DNA of 42,342 nucleotides from an uncultured Clostridia bacterium (GCA_944393755.1 CALYBF010000002.1:1-42342); one strand, 5' to 3'; shown: positions 1 to 8,766, counted from the first letter of the stretch. Numbers and translations are program-made. The notes: generated from the sequence alone by a model not told the origin.

Positions 1-2
1 AG

Positions 3-917
3 AAAAATAGCATAAGAAAAAAATATAGGGAAGGGACAGCCCGAATAAACGCCTGTGGAGATAGTAGGTTACGAGGTCTAAGAAGCAGGAAGCCCATTGG
101 CTTTAGACAATGGGTAGTTCACAACACATTAGAACCATATAGAGAATATGTGAAAAAAAGAAAAAATAAAGAAATTTCCGAAACAGAAGAATTTAAAGAA
201 ATATTAGAAAAAATAGGAGATACAGAAGAAAATAGAAAAATATTAGAATATATTTTAACAGAAAGAAAACTTATGACTATTGCAGGAAAGAATTTAAAAA
301 GACCAACAATATTTTTTAGTAGATTTGTAAGTGAGCTAGAAAAAGGTGGTATGGACGATTATACTTTATTACACGAATATTGCCGCGCAATAGAAATACA
401 TAAAGAAAATGAAAGTACAGAAGAAAGTTTTATAAGTGGTTTTGATTTAATAAATAAAAATGAATTAAATCTATATAGAAAAGATAAAAGAAAATATGAA
501 AGATTAAATGAAACAATAACAGATATATTTAGTGTAAAAGCAACTAAAATATTACATGACAGAGGAATTTATATATCAGAACCACGAGAATTAACAAATG
601 AAGATATTTTAAATTGTAATACAAGTATTATATTAAAAAAAATATTAATGCCATTTGTTGAGAAATATAAAGAAAATATTGTAGGTGCTAGAATAACAGG
701 AAATATGCAAAGTTTGTTTAATAGAATAGGAAGAGATAATTTTGAGAGTTTAAATGATTGTATAAATAAAATAGATTGGTTAATAGCAGAAGGTTTAACA
801 GAAGATTTAAAATCTGGAAAAAACAATAGTGAGATTGTAAAAGAATATAATAAACAAAAAAGTAGAATAGAAGAAATCTATAGAAATATGGAAATAGAAA
901 TAGAAGAAATAAGATAA
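3..917 (+). CDS. Hypothetical Lys/Glu-rich protein, 5'-partial. The frame is open from the window edge, so the track start at GTG-150 is doubtful.
   Basis: The frame has no stop from nt 3 to TAA 915-917. The 49 codons upstream of the track start (..YREGTARINACGDSRLRGLRSRKPIGFRQWVVHN..) are in the same frame and visibly GC-richer. There is no convincing SD before GTG-150. No family was recognised for the 255-aa part. Confidence 0.5.
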   Translation, partial: KNSIRKKYREGTARINACGDSRLRGLRSRKPIGFRQWVVHNTLEPYREYVKKRKNKEISETEEFKEILEKIGDTEENRKILEYILTERKLMTIAGKNLKRPTIFFSRFVSELEKGGMDDYTLLHEYCRAIEIHKENESTEESFISGFDLINKNELNLYRKDKRKYERLNETITDIFSVKATKILHDRGIYISEPRELTNEDILNCNTSIILKKILMPFVEKYKENIVGARITGNMQSLFNRIGRDNFESLNDCINKIDWLIAEGLTEDLKSGKNNSEIVKEYNKQKSRIEEIYRNMEIEIEEIR

Positions 918-932
918 TGTAAATAAAAAAAT

Positions 933-967
933 AACCTCTTTATAACTAATATAAAGAGGTTGTTTTT
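933..967. terminator. Bidirectional rho-independent terminator between convergent genes
   Basis: 12-bp perfect hairpin AACCTCTTTATA (933-944) / TATAAAGAGGTT (950-961). It is followed by TTTTTT on the + strand and preceded by an A-run. Confidence 0.75.
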
Positions 968-995
968 TAAAAGTAATTATTAATTTTAATTTTTA

Positions 996-1940
996 TTATT
1001 CTTCAGGTAATTGTTTGTTATCAGCTTTTTTAGAAGTCTCTTTTTTATTATCTTTAACAGCTTCAGCCATAGCTCCTAAAGAACTTAAGGCATTTGTTGC
1101 TTCAAATGGTATAAATATTTTATTTGCTTCACCATTTGCTACTTTTTCTAAAGCTTCTAATGATTTTAGTTGAACCAATTTATCATCAGGGTTAGCTTTT
1201 TTAATTGATTCATAAACCATTTGAATTTCTTTAGCTTTAGCTTCAGCAACTTCACGAATAGCTTGAGCCTCACCGGCAGCTCTTCTAATTTGAGCTTCTT
1301 TATCAGCTTCAGCTTCTAGGATAGCTGCTTGTTTTTTACCTTCAGCAATAGTGATAGCAGATTGTCTTTGAGCTTCAGATTCTAGAATCATAGCTCTTTT
1401 ATTTCTTTCTGCGTTCATTTCTTTTTCCATTGCATCTTTAACATCTGGTGGTGGTGTAATATCTTTTATTTCAACTCTATCAATTTTACAACCCCATCTG
1501 TCAGTTGCTTCATCAAGAACAACTCTTAATTGAGTATTAATTCCATCTCTTGAACTAAATGTTTCATCTAAAGTCATTTTACCAATAATATCACGAATAG
1601 TTGTAATTGCTAAATATTCAATACCTTTCTTTAAGCTTTGAATTTCATAAACAGCTTTTGCTGGGTCAGTTATTTGGTAAAACACAACCGTATCAATTGT
1701 AATTGTAACGTTATCTTTAGTGATAACATCTTGTGGTGGAATATCCATTGTTTGTTGTTTTAAACTTACAACACTTCTTACATGGTCTAAAAATGGTACA
1801 ATTATTGTAAGACCGGCATCTGCAACCTTATAAAATTTACCTAATCTTTCTATAATGTATACTTCAGATTGTTTAACAATCTTAATTGACATTGCTGCTA
1901 AAATTAAAATAATAATTAATAATATAATTAAAACTACCAT
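996..1940 (-). CDS. SPFH/band-7 (stomatin-like) membrane protein
   Basis: N-terminal TM helix followed by typical SPFH sequence (IIERLGKF.., ITTIRDIIGKMTLDE, DRVEIKDITPP) and an Ala/Glu-rich coiled-coil tail. It lies directly downstream of an NfeD gene, which is the classic pairing. Confidence 0.9.
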   Translation of the reverse strand: MVVLIILLIIILILAAMSIKIVKQSEVYIIERLGKFYKVADAGLTIIVPFLDHVRSVVSLKQQTMDIPPQDVITKDNVTITIDTVVFYQITDPAKAVYEIQSLKKGIEYLAITTIRDIIGKMTLDETFSSRDGINTQLRVVLDEATDRWGCKIDRVEIKDITPPPDVKDAMEKEMNAERNKRAMILESEAQRQSAITIAEGKKQAAILEAEADKEAQIRRAAGEAQAIREVAEAKAKEIQMVYESIKKANPDDKLVQLKSLEALEKVANGEANKIFIPFEATNALSSLGAMAEAVKDNKKETSKKADNKQLPEE

Positions 1941-1991
1941 AATTTTCCTCCTTTAATTTTTATTTAAAATATATGTAGTAATAAAAATAAC

Positions 1992-2417
1992 TTATTTTAT
2001 TGGTGTAACAATAAGTTTAACACCCTTAATTTCCTTTATTTTAACTTCTGTACCTTTGGAAATTTCTATATCGTTTTCACCAGTAGCAGACCAAAGTTCT
2101 CCTTCAACTTTAACTTGCCCTGTAGAATTTATAGAACTTATATCTTTAGTAACAATACCTTTTTTATCTATTAAAGAAAAAGCATTTGTTTTTGTTGTCT
2201 CAACTTTAGCAAATTTCTTTACAAGTGGTTTAGTTGCTAAAATTAAAATTACAGAAGAAATTAAAAACACAGTTGTCTGAATTATAATATTATCTGTAAT
2301 AAAACTTACTGCCATTGCAATTAGTGATGCAATTCCTAACCAAAAAATTAAAAAACCTGCTGTTAAAACCTCACCAATTACAAAAACACCTGCTAAAATT
2401 AACCATATATACCACAT
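1992..2417 (-). CDS. NfeD-family membrane protein, partner of the SPFH protein
   Basis: Three N-terminal TM helices plus a C-terminal OB-like soluble domain (GQVKVEGELWSA..G..V.I..I.G.KL.V). It forms an operon with the downstream SPFH gene. GGAGG RBS at 2419-2430 on the minus strand. Confidence 0.85.
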   Translation of the reverse strand: MWYIWLILAGVFVIGEVLTAGFLIFWLGIASLIAMAVSFITDNIIIQTTVFLISSVILILATKPLVKKFAKVETTKTNAFSLIDKKGIVTKDISSINSTGQVKVEGELWSATGENDIEISKGTEVKIKEIKGVKLIVTPIK

Positions 2418-2497
2418 AAAGAAATCCTCCTTTAATTACCAACTATTACTATTATAACATATTTTAAACAAAAATGGAATATGTAAACCAAAAAAAG

Positions 2498-2534
2498 TGA
2501 GAATTTTGGGGACGGGACTTTTTTGTCTCATTTT
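2498..2534 (+). repeat. Copy of the dispersed hairpin repeat (TGAGA..GGGGACGGGAC..TTTTTGTCTCATTTT)
   Basis: Sequence tgagaattttggggacgggacttttttgtctcatttt. It shares its termini and GGGAC core with the copies at 12165, 12254, 31600, 33487 and 33543. Confidence 0.7.
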
Positions 2535-2587
2535 AATTTGAATATTTTTCGAAAAAAAGCTCATAATTAAAAAGAGGTGTTTTAATT

Positions 2588-2803
2588 ATGAGTGATGAGA
2601 GAAAAGATAAAATACAAGAAAATATAGAAAATCAAAAGATGGCAAGAAGAGATGAGCCAGAGGTAGGGGAAGATAGTACAAAGTATGGAGAATTTGTATC
2701 TTCTTATTTTGCATGGATACCACTACCAGAACAGAAAGAAAAAGCAAAAAGGTTAGAGAATATAACAAAGAAAGAAAATAAAGAAAAAGAGAGTAAAAAC
2801 TAG
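2588..2803 (+). CDS. Hypothetical small Lys/Glu-rich protein (71 aa)
   Basis: ORF with GAGGTG about 9 nt upstream of the ATG. No recognisable family, and it could be non-coding leader sequence of the ctsR operon region. Confidence 0.3.
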   Translation: MSDERKDKIQENIENQKMARRDEPEVGEDSTKYGEFVSSYFAWIPLPEQKEKAKRLENITKKENKEKESKN

Positions 2804-2859
2804 AAAAAATTAGATAAAGAGAGAAAACGGAAGTAAAATAAGAGATTTTTAGATTCAAA

Positions 2860-2876
2860 GGTCAGAAAAGGTCAAA
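2860..2876 (+). promoter_or_regulatory. CtsR operator 1 (GGTCAGA-AAA-GGTCAAA)
   Basis: Direct heptad repeat matching the CtsR consensus (A/G)GTCAAAnAn(A/G)GTCAAA with one mismatch. It lies just upstream of the -35 of the ctsR promoter. Confidence 0.85.
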
Positions 2877-2884
2877 AAATGTAT

Positions 2885-2912
2885 TTGTAAAAAAATAAAA
2901 TAAGAGTATAAT
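2885..2912 (+). promoter_or_regulatory. SigmaA-type promoter of the ctsR-mcsA-mcsB-clpC operon
   Basis: TTGTAA (2885-2890), a 16-nt spacer, then TATAAT (2907-2912). The promoter is bracketed by the two CtsR boxes. Confidence 0.7.
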
Positions 2913-2921
2913 ATTATTGTA

Positions 2922-2938
2922 GGTCAAAGAAAGTCAAA
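2922..2938 (+). promoter_or_regulatory. CtsR operator 2 (GGTCAAA-GAA-AGTCAAA)
   Basis: Perfect match to the CtsR heptad direct-repeat consensus, about 10 nt downstream of the -10 box. Confidence 0.85.
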
Positions 2939-2961
2939 GTTAAAACTAGGGGGTATGTAAT

Positions 2962-3405
2962 ATGCGTATGTCAGATATAATAGAAGAATTTATAAAAGAA
3001 TTATTTGATGAAGGAAATGATGCAATAGAAATACAAAGAAACGAACTTGCAGAACATTTTAATTGTGTACCATCACAAATAAACTATGTAATATCAACAA
3101 GGTTTAAACCACAACAGGGATATTATGTAGAAAGTAGACGAGGTGGCGGTGGTCATATAACAATAAAAAAAGTAAATAATGATAAAGAAGATTATATAAT
3201 GCATATTATAAATAATATAGGAAATGAATTAACATCAAATGATGCAGATATATTAATAAGCGACTTTCTATCTTATAATATAATAGATACAAAAGAAGCA
3301 AAATTATTAAAAGTAGCAACAAACGATAAAGTGCTGAAACTTCCAAAAGAAATAAAAGATGAAGTAAGAGCAAGAATATTTAAAAATATGTTATTAAATA
3401 TATAA
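2962..3405 (+). CDS. ctsR: Class III stress-gene transcriptional repressor CtsR
   Basis: Characteristic CtsR sequence (MSDIIEEFIK..L, VPSQINYVISTRF, GYYVESRRGGGGHI). It is the first gene of a ctsR-mcsA-mcsB-clpC arrangement with its own operators upstream. Confidence 0.95.
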   Translation: MRMSDIIEEFIKELFDEGNDAIEIQRNELAEHFNCVPSQINYVISTRFKPQQGYYVESRRGGGGHITIKKVNNDKEDYIMHIINNIGNELTSNDADILISDFLSYNIIDTKEAKLLKVATNDKVLKLPKEIKDEVRARIFKNMLLNI

Positions 3406-3418
3406 GGAGGAGATAATT

Positions 3419-3988
3419 ATGTTATGTGATAATTGTGGGAAAAAAGAAGCAAATGTAAGATATACAGAAAACATTAATGGAAAGGTAAGAGAATTAAATC
3501 TATGTGAAGAGTGCAGTAAAAAATTAGGAATAGGAGAAATAGACTTTAGTATGCCAATAGACTTTTCAAGTTTCTTGGGAGGCTTTATGGATGATTTAAT
3601 GACACCAGAAATAATGCCAATGATAAGTAGCTTAAAAGAAATAACTTGTGAAAATTGTGGAACAAGTTTTAATGATATTATGAATACAGGAAAAATAGGC
3701 TGTGAAAATTGTTATTCAGTATTTGAAGATAGATTAGACCCAATAATAAAAAGAATACAAGGATCAAATAGACACGTAGGAAGAATAGGAAAAATAATAG
3801 ATAATAAGATAGATAAAAAAGAAGGAAAAGCAGAAGAAAAAATGGAAACAAAATCTAAAGAAAATACTGATAATAGTAATGAAAACAAATTAGAAGAATT
3901 ACAAAGAAAATTAAAACAAGCAATAAAAGAAGAAAGATATGAAGACGCAGCAAAACTAAGAGATGAAATAAAGAAATTAGAAAAATAA
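3419..3988 (+). CDS. mcsA: McsA, protein-arginine-kinase activator (zinc-finger plus UVR motif)
   Basis: N-terminal CxxC..CxxC pairs (CDNCGKK..CEECSKK; CENCGTS..CENCY) and a C-terminal UVR motif (ERYEDAAKLRDEIKKLE). Its position is between ctsR and mcsB. Confidence 0.9.
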   Translation: MLCDNCGKKEANVRYTENINGKVRELNLCEECSKKLGIGEIDFSMPIDFSSFLGGFMDDLMTPEIMPMISSLKEITCENCGTSFNDIMNTGKIGCENCYSVFEDRLDPIIKRIQGSNRHVGRIGKIIDNKIDKKEGKAEEKMETKSKENTDNSNENKLEELQRKLKQAIKEERYEDAAKLRDEIKKLEK

Positions 3989-4008
3989 AATAAAAGAAGG
4001 TGAAAAAA

Positions 4009-5013
4009 ATGAATTGGTATTTGCAAACAAGCAAAGATTCTGATGTCGTAAAAAGTACAAGAATAAATTTTAAAAGAAACATAAAAAATTATAAATTTCA
4101 TTTAGATGATTTAGAGTTAAAAGAATTAGAAAAGAAAATAGAAGATAATATATATGCAATAGGATATGGACTAAAACTTTTAAAACTAAAAGATATGGAC
4201 GAAATAACAAAGAAAAGTTTAGTAGAAAAAAACTTAATAAGTCCAACATTTTTAGTAAAAAAAGGAGAAATAGGAAGTATATTAATAAATGATGAAGAAA
4301 ACATTTGTATAATGATAGGTGGAGATGACCACTTAAATATCCAAGTGTTTAGTAGTGGACTAGAATTAGAAAATACATTAAATCTAGCAATAGAAATAGA
4401 AGAAAAAATAGGAGAAATATTAGGCTTTAGTATAAATAAAAAATATGGATATCTAACAAGAAGGTTAACAGATTTAGGAACAGGACTAAAAGCATCAGTA
4501 ATGGTACATTTACCAGCATTAGTAAAAACAGGAAATATAGGAAAAATGTTAGATGTGGTTCGTGATTTTAATATGGAAGTAACAGGTGAATATGGAAAAA
4601 CTACTAAAGACCAAGAAGACATATATCAAATATCAAATAAACAAACATTAGGAATAACAGAAAAAGAAATAGTAAACAATTTAAAAGTAATAATAAAAAA
4701 ATTAGAAGAACAAGAAAGAACAGCTAGAAAAATGCTTACTAAAGATTCAATCGAATTAGAAGATATGGTTTTAAGAAGTTATGGTATATTAACGAATTGT
4801 AAAAAAATATCTTATGAAGAAGCAAAAGAATTATTATCAAATATAAAATTGGGAGTAGATTTAGGAATATTAGACAACTTAGACGATTTAAAAGTACAAA
4901 AATTATATTTATATACAAAACCAGCAAATTTACAAAAATATTTAGGAACAAAATATGATAAAGTAGAGCAAGAAATAAAAAGAGCAGAAGTAATAAAACA
5001 AATAGTTAAATAG
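4009..5013 (+). CDS. mcsB: Protein arginine kinase McsB
   Basis: ATP:guanido phosphotransferase-like sequence (DHLNIQV, RRLTDLGTGLKASVMVHLPAL, C-terminal LGVDLGIL). I prefer ATG-4009 (AAGGTG 6 nt upstream) over the track start at GTG-4000. Confidence 0.9.
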   Translation: MNWYLQTSKDSDVVKSTRINFKRNIKNYKFHLDDLELKELEKKIEDNIYAIGYGLKLLKLKDMDEITKKSLVEKNLISPTFLVKKGEIGSILINDEENICIMIGGDDHLNIQVFSSGLELENTLNLAIEIEEKIGEILGFSINKKYGYLTRRLTDLGTGLKASVMVHLPALVKTGNIGKMLDVVRDFNMEVTGEYGKTTKDQEDIYQISNKQTLGITEKEIVNNLKVIIKKLEEQERTARKMLTKDSIELEDMVLRSYGILTNCKKISYEEAKELLSNIKLGVDLGILDNLDDLKVQKLYLYTKPANLQKYLGTKYDKVEQEIKRAEVIKQIVK

Positions 5014-5107
5014 GGACGTTTCCATTTGGTCAAAATGTCCAAAATGAAACGTCCCCAATAGGACATTTTGTCCAATTTGGGACACATCTATATAAAGAAA
5101 CGTCCAC
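5013..5107. repeat. Composite palindromic GGGAC/GTCCC element in the mcsB-clpC intergenic region
   Basis: Inverted repeat GGGACGTTTC (5013-5022) / GAAACGTCCC (5046-5055). Second inverted repeat AAAATGTCC (5032-5040) / GGACATTTT (5061-5069). Direct repeat GAAACGTCC at 5046 and 5097. It shares the GGGAC core with the dispersed repeat family. Confidence 0.6.
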
Positions 5108-5126
5108 AAGAGAGGAGTTGATTTTT

Positions 5127-7583
5127 ATGACATATAGTTTTACAAATAGAGCTAAAAAAGCTATTGAACTTGCAGATAGTTTAGCCATTGAACTTGGACA
5201 TAATTATATTGGAACAGAGCATATTTTATATGGTTTGGTAAAAGAAGGAAGCGGAGTTGCTTCTAAAGTCTTACAAAACCAAGGAATAGAACCTGATATG
5301 GTAATTGATGAAATCGTTAATTTAGTTGGAAATGATTCACCAATTACTGAAACTCTAGGTTTTACACCAAGAACTAAAAGAGTTATTGAAAATGCTTTTA
5401 TAGAAGCTAGAAAATTAGGTTATAATTATATAGGAACAGAACATATTTTAATAGGAATATTAAGAGAAGCAGATAGTATTGCAACAAGAATTTTATTAGA
5501 ATTAAATGTAAATATACCAAAACTTTATGGAGAAATTGTACGAGTTATAAATGAAGGAGAAGATTTCACATCAAACGAAGGTGGAAATAACAATAGAGGT
5601 AAAGGTAGTTATAATCAAACACCTACTCTTAATCAATTTGGTGAAGATTTAACTAAAAAAGCAGAAGAAGGTAAATTAGATCCTATAATTGGTAGAAAAA
5701 CTGAAATTGAAAGAGTTATTCAGATTTTATCTAGAAGAACTAAAAACAACCCTTGTTTGATAGGAGAACCTGGTGTTGGTAAAACTGCTGCTGTTGAAGG
5801 TTTGGCAGAAAAAATTGTTTCTGGTGATGTTCCAGAAACTTTAAAAGGAAAACGTGTTGTAACTATGGATATTTCAGGTATGGTTGCAGGAAGTAAATAC
5901 AGAGGTGATTTTGAAGAAAGAATTAAAAAGGCTCTAGAAGAAGCAAAGAAAGCAGGAGATGTAATCTTATTTATTGACGAAATACATACAATAGTGGGAG
6001 CAGGTGCAGCTGAAGGTGCAATTGATGCAGCAAATATTTTAAAACCATTACTTGCAAGAGGAGAAATTAGATTAATCGGGGCAACTACTTTAAACGAATA
6101 TAGAAAATATATTGAAAAAGATGCAGCATTAGAAAGAAGATTTAGTCCTGTTACAATAAATGAACCATCTGAAAAAGATACAATTAAGATTTTAAAAGGT
6201 TTACGTGATAAATTTGAAGCACATCATGGTGTTGAAATAACAGATGAAGCAATTGAAGCTGCTGTTAAGATGTCTATACGTTATATTAATGATAGGTACT
6301 TACCAGATAAAGCAATTGATTTAATTGATGAAGCAGCATCACGTGCTAAATTAAAAACTTTCACAGAACCAGATAGTCTAAAAAAATTACAAGAAGAGAT
6401 TGAAAAAGTTGAAAATGAAAAAGAAGAAGCTGTAAGAATACAAAAATTTGAAAAAGCAGCAAGTCTAAGAGACAAACAAAAAGAATTAAAAGAGAAGTAT
6501 GAAAAAGAGCAAAAGAAATGGCAAAATAAAAACGATAAAACTATTACAAATATTACAGAAGAAAATGTAGCAGAAGTAATTTCTAGTTGGACAGGAATAC
6601 CAGCAAAGAAAATTACTGAAGATGAAAATGTAAGATTAAAGAATTTAGAAAAAACTCTGCATGAAAGAGTAATAGGACAAGATGAAGCAGTAGAAGCAGT
6701 AGCAAAAGCAATTCGTAGAGGTAGAGTTGGCTTAAAAGACCCTAAAAGACCAATCGGTTCATTTCTATTTTTAGGACCAACAGGTGTTGGTAAAACAGAG
6801 CTTTCAAAAGCATTAGCAGAAAGTTTATTTGGTGATGAAAATGCAATGATAAGAATTGATATGTCTGAATATATGGAACCACACTCTGTTTCTAAATTAA
6901 TAGGTTCACCACCAGGATATGTTGGTTTTGATGAAGGTGGACAATTAACAGAAAAGATAAGAAGAAAACCTTATTCTGTAATTTTATTTGATGAAATAGA
7001 AAAAGCGCATCCAGATGTTATGAATATGCTTCTTCAAATATTAGAAGATGGAAGATTAACAGATTCACAAGGTAGAACTGTAAACTTTAAAAATACTGTT
7101 ATAATTATGACGTCAAATATAGGAGCAAGACTAATAACAGATAAAAAGACATTAGGTTTTTCTAAAACTAACAAAGATAATAAAGAAAAAGAAGAAAGTT
7201 CTAAAAAAGAATATGAAGACATTAAAAAAGAAGTTATGGATGCATTAAAGAAAGAATTAAGACCAGAGTTTATTAACCGTATTGATGAAATAATTGTATT
7301 CCATAAATTAACAGATAGTGAAATATCAAAAATTATTGATATAATGTTAAAAGAAGTAACTACTAGATTAGAAGCACAAAAAATTAAAATAGAATTAGAA
7401 CCAGAAGTTAAAGAATTAATAGCAAGTAAAGGAATTGATAAAAACTTTGGTGCAAGACCTTTAAGAAGAACTATTCAGAGTGTTTTAGAAGATAGGTTAG
7501 CAGAAGAAATATTAGATGGTAATTTAAAGAAAAATAAAACAAACAAAATAGGAGTTAATGACGGGAAAATAGTAGTAAAATAG
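5127..7583 (+). CDS. clpC: ATP-dependent Clp protease ATP-binding subunit ClpC
   Basis: Double Clp-N repeat (YIGTEHILYGL / YIGTEHILIGI), two Walker A boxes (GEPGVGKTA, GPTGVGKTE), a UVR-like linker and a ClpB_D2-small end. ATG-5127 is preferred, with GAGAGGAG 9 nt upstream. Confidence 0.95.
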   Translation: MTYSFTNRAKKAIELADSLAIELGHNYIGTEHILYGLVKEGSGVASKVLQNQGIEPDMVIDEIVNLVGNDSPITETLGFTPRTKRVIENAFIEARKLGYNYIGTEHILIGILREADSIATRILLELNVNIPKLYGEIVRVINEGEDFTSNEGGNNNRGKGSYNQTPTLNQFGEDLTKKAEEGKLDPIIGRKTEIERVIQILSRRTKNNPCLIGEPGVGKTAAVEGLAEKIVSGDVPETLKGKRVVTMDISGMVAGSKYRGDFEERIKKALEEAKKAGDVILFIDEIHTIVGAGAAEGAIDAANILKPLLARGEIRLIGATTLNEYRKYIEKDAALERRFSPVTINEPSEKDTIKILKGLRDKFEAHHGVEITDEAIEAAVKMSIRYINDRYLPDKAIDLIDEAASRAKLKTFTEPDSLKKLQEEIEKVENEKEEAVRIQKFEKAASLRDKQKELKEKYEKEQKKWQNKNDKTITNITEENVAEVISSWTGIPAKKITEDENVRLKNLEKTLHERVIGQDEAVEAVAKAIRRGRVGLKDPKRPIGSFLFLGPTGVGKTELSKALAESLFGDENAMIRIDMSEYMEPHSVSKLIGSPPGYVGFDEGGQLTEKIRRKPYSVILFDEIEKAHPDVMNMLLQILEDGRLTDSQGRTVNFKNTVIIMTSNIGARLITDKKTLGFSKTNKDNKEKEESSKKEYEDIKKEVMDALKKELRPEFINRIDEIIVFHKLTDSEISKIIDIMLKEVTTRLEAQKIKIELEPEVKELIASKGIDKNFGARPLRRTIQSVLEDRLAEEILDGNLKKNKTNKIGVNDGKIVVK

Positions 7584-7613
7584 CAAGAAGTACAAAAACT
7601 TCTTGCCTTTTTC
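7583..7613 (+). terminator. Rho-independent terminator of clpC
   Basis: Hairpin GCAAGAAGT (7583-7591) / ACTTCTTGC (7598-7606) followed by CTTTTTC. Confidence 0.75.
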
Positions 7614-7630
7614 TATTTTGGTGCTATAAT
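7603..7630 (+). promoter_or_regulatory. Putative extended -10 promoter for the DUF4097-like gene
   Basis: TTGCCT (7603-7608), a 16-nt spacer, then TGcTATAAT (7622-7630). Confidence 0.5.
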
Positions 7631-7705
7631 AGGAAAGATAGGGCAAAAGCCTTATAGTAGTCAAAATTAGTAATGTAATATTACTAATTAAGTGGAAGGA
7701 GAATT

Positions 7706-8374
7706 ATGGAAAAAACGAGGTTAGAAAGCAAAAGAGAGGCAGAGAATACTCGGAAAGTATTTGATAAAGTACAAAAGTGTGATGCAGATTCAGTTGATTC
7801 TATAGAAGTCGATGTAGAAAGAATTGACGTAAGGTTTCATCATTGGACTTCTCAAATTATTACAGTAAAGTTCTGTGGTGAAGCTGATATTGCGTCAGGA
7901 GATATAGAGTTTGATACATATATCTTAAGAAACAGACTTTATGTAGAAACAAAGGTTAAGGGAATTGTTGAAACTTCAAATTTGAAACTTGATATTTGGT
8001 TGCCAGGGAACATTTTTGATGAAATTAGGGTAAATGGAAATTCGGCGCAAGTAGAGATAAACTCTGGGGTTGTGGCAAGATTAGTAAGAGTTGAAACTCT
8101 TTCTGGAAACATTGATATTAGAGCAATATTTATAAAAGCAATTGTAAAATCAAATGGCGGAAATGTAAATATGCATATCAATGCACAGTCAAGGGTTGAT
8201 GCTCAAATTTCTACATCAAGAGGAGATATTAGTATATTTCTTAAAAATGTTAGAAAGGTTAATCTTTCTGCAAAATCTCAATATGGCAAAGTTTTGAATA
8301 AGAACAGAGGACAGTATGGATACATAGCTTCACTAAAAGCAACAACTAAGAGTGGAAATATCACAGTAGAGTAA
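7706..8374 (+). CDS. DUF4097-like (LiaG-like) beta-strand-repeat protein
   Basis: Repeated short beta-strand units ending in SG[DN]I (SGDIEF, SGNIDI, RGDISI, SGNITV), typical of DUF4097 putative adhesin-fold proteins. GGAGAA RBS. Composition is less AT-biased than its neighbours. Confidence 0.55.
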   Translation: MEKTRLESKREAENTRKVFDKVQKCDADSVDSIEVDVERIDVRFHHWTSQIITVKFCGEADIASGDIEFDTYILRNRLYVETKVKGIVETSNLKLDIWLPGNIFDEIRVNGNSAQVEINSGVVARLVRVETLSGNIDIRAIFIKAIVKSNGGNVNMHINAQSRVDAQISTSRGDISIFLKNVRKVNLSAKSQYGKVLNKNRGQYGYIASLKATTKSGNITVE

Positions 8375-8519
8375 TCAAATAATAATCATAATTCAAAAAG
8401 GGGCAAGTTATACTTAAATTAAAACTTAGTATACTTGTCCTTTTTTTACAAAATCGCTATTTATGTACTTTACTTTTTAGAATTTTATAATATAATGTTT
8501 ATACAAGGAGGAGATTATT

Positions 8520-8747
8520 TTGAATCAAGGAAAAATAGGAGAACTTATTGGGGAAATAAGAAAAGAAAAAGGGCTAAAACAAAGTGAATTAGCAGAATTA
8601 TTGGGAGTAACAAGTAAAACCGTATCTAGATGGGAAACTGGAAAATATATGCCTGATTTATCATTATTTGTAGATATATCAGAAATATTGGGAATAACTC
8701 TAAATGAATTAATACGGTGGAGAAAGAATAATTGGAAAAAAGAATAA
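8520..8747 (+). CDS. XRE-family helix-turn-helix domain protein. Likely the N-terminal part of a frameshifted HTH-CYTH protein.
   Basis: Canonical Cro/C1 HTH (KGLKQSELAELLGVTSKTVSRWETGKYMPDLSLFVDISEILGITLNELI). TTG start with AAGGAGGAG upstream. The ORF ends abruptly after an out-of-character RWRKNNWKKE tail. Confidence 0.8.
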   Translation: MNQGKIGELIGEIRKEKGLKQSELAELLGVTSKTVSRWETGKYMPDLSLFVDISEILGITLNELIRWRKNNWKKE

Positions 8748-8766
8748 AGATAGTATAGAAATAGAA

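Noticed and set aside
2588-2803. The 71-aa ORF considered as a functional partner of the ctsR operon
   Set aside because: I kept it as a low-confidence CDS only. It has no family resemblance and lies upstream of the CtsR-controlled promoter, so no functional link can be supported.
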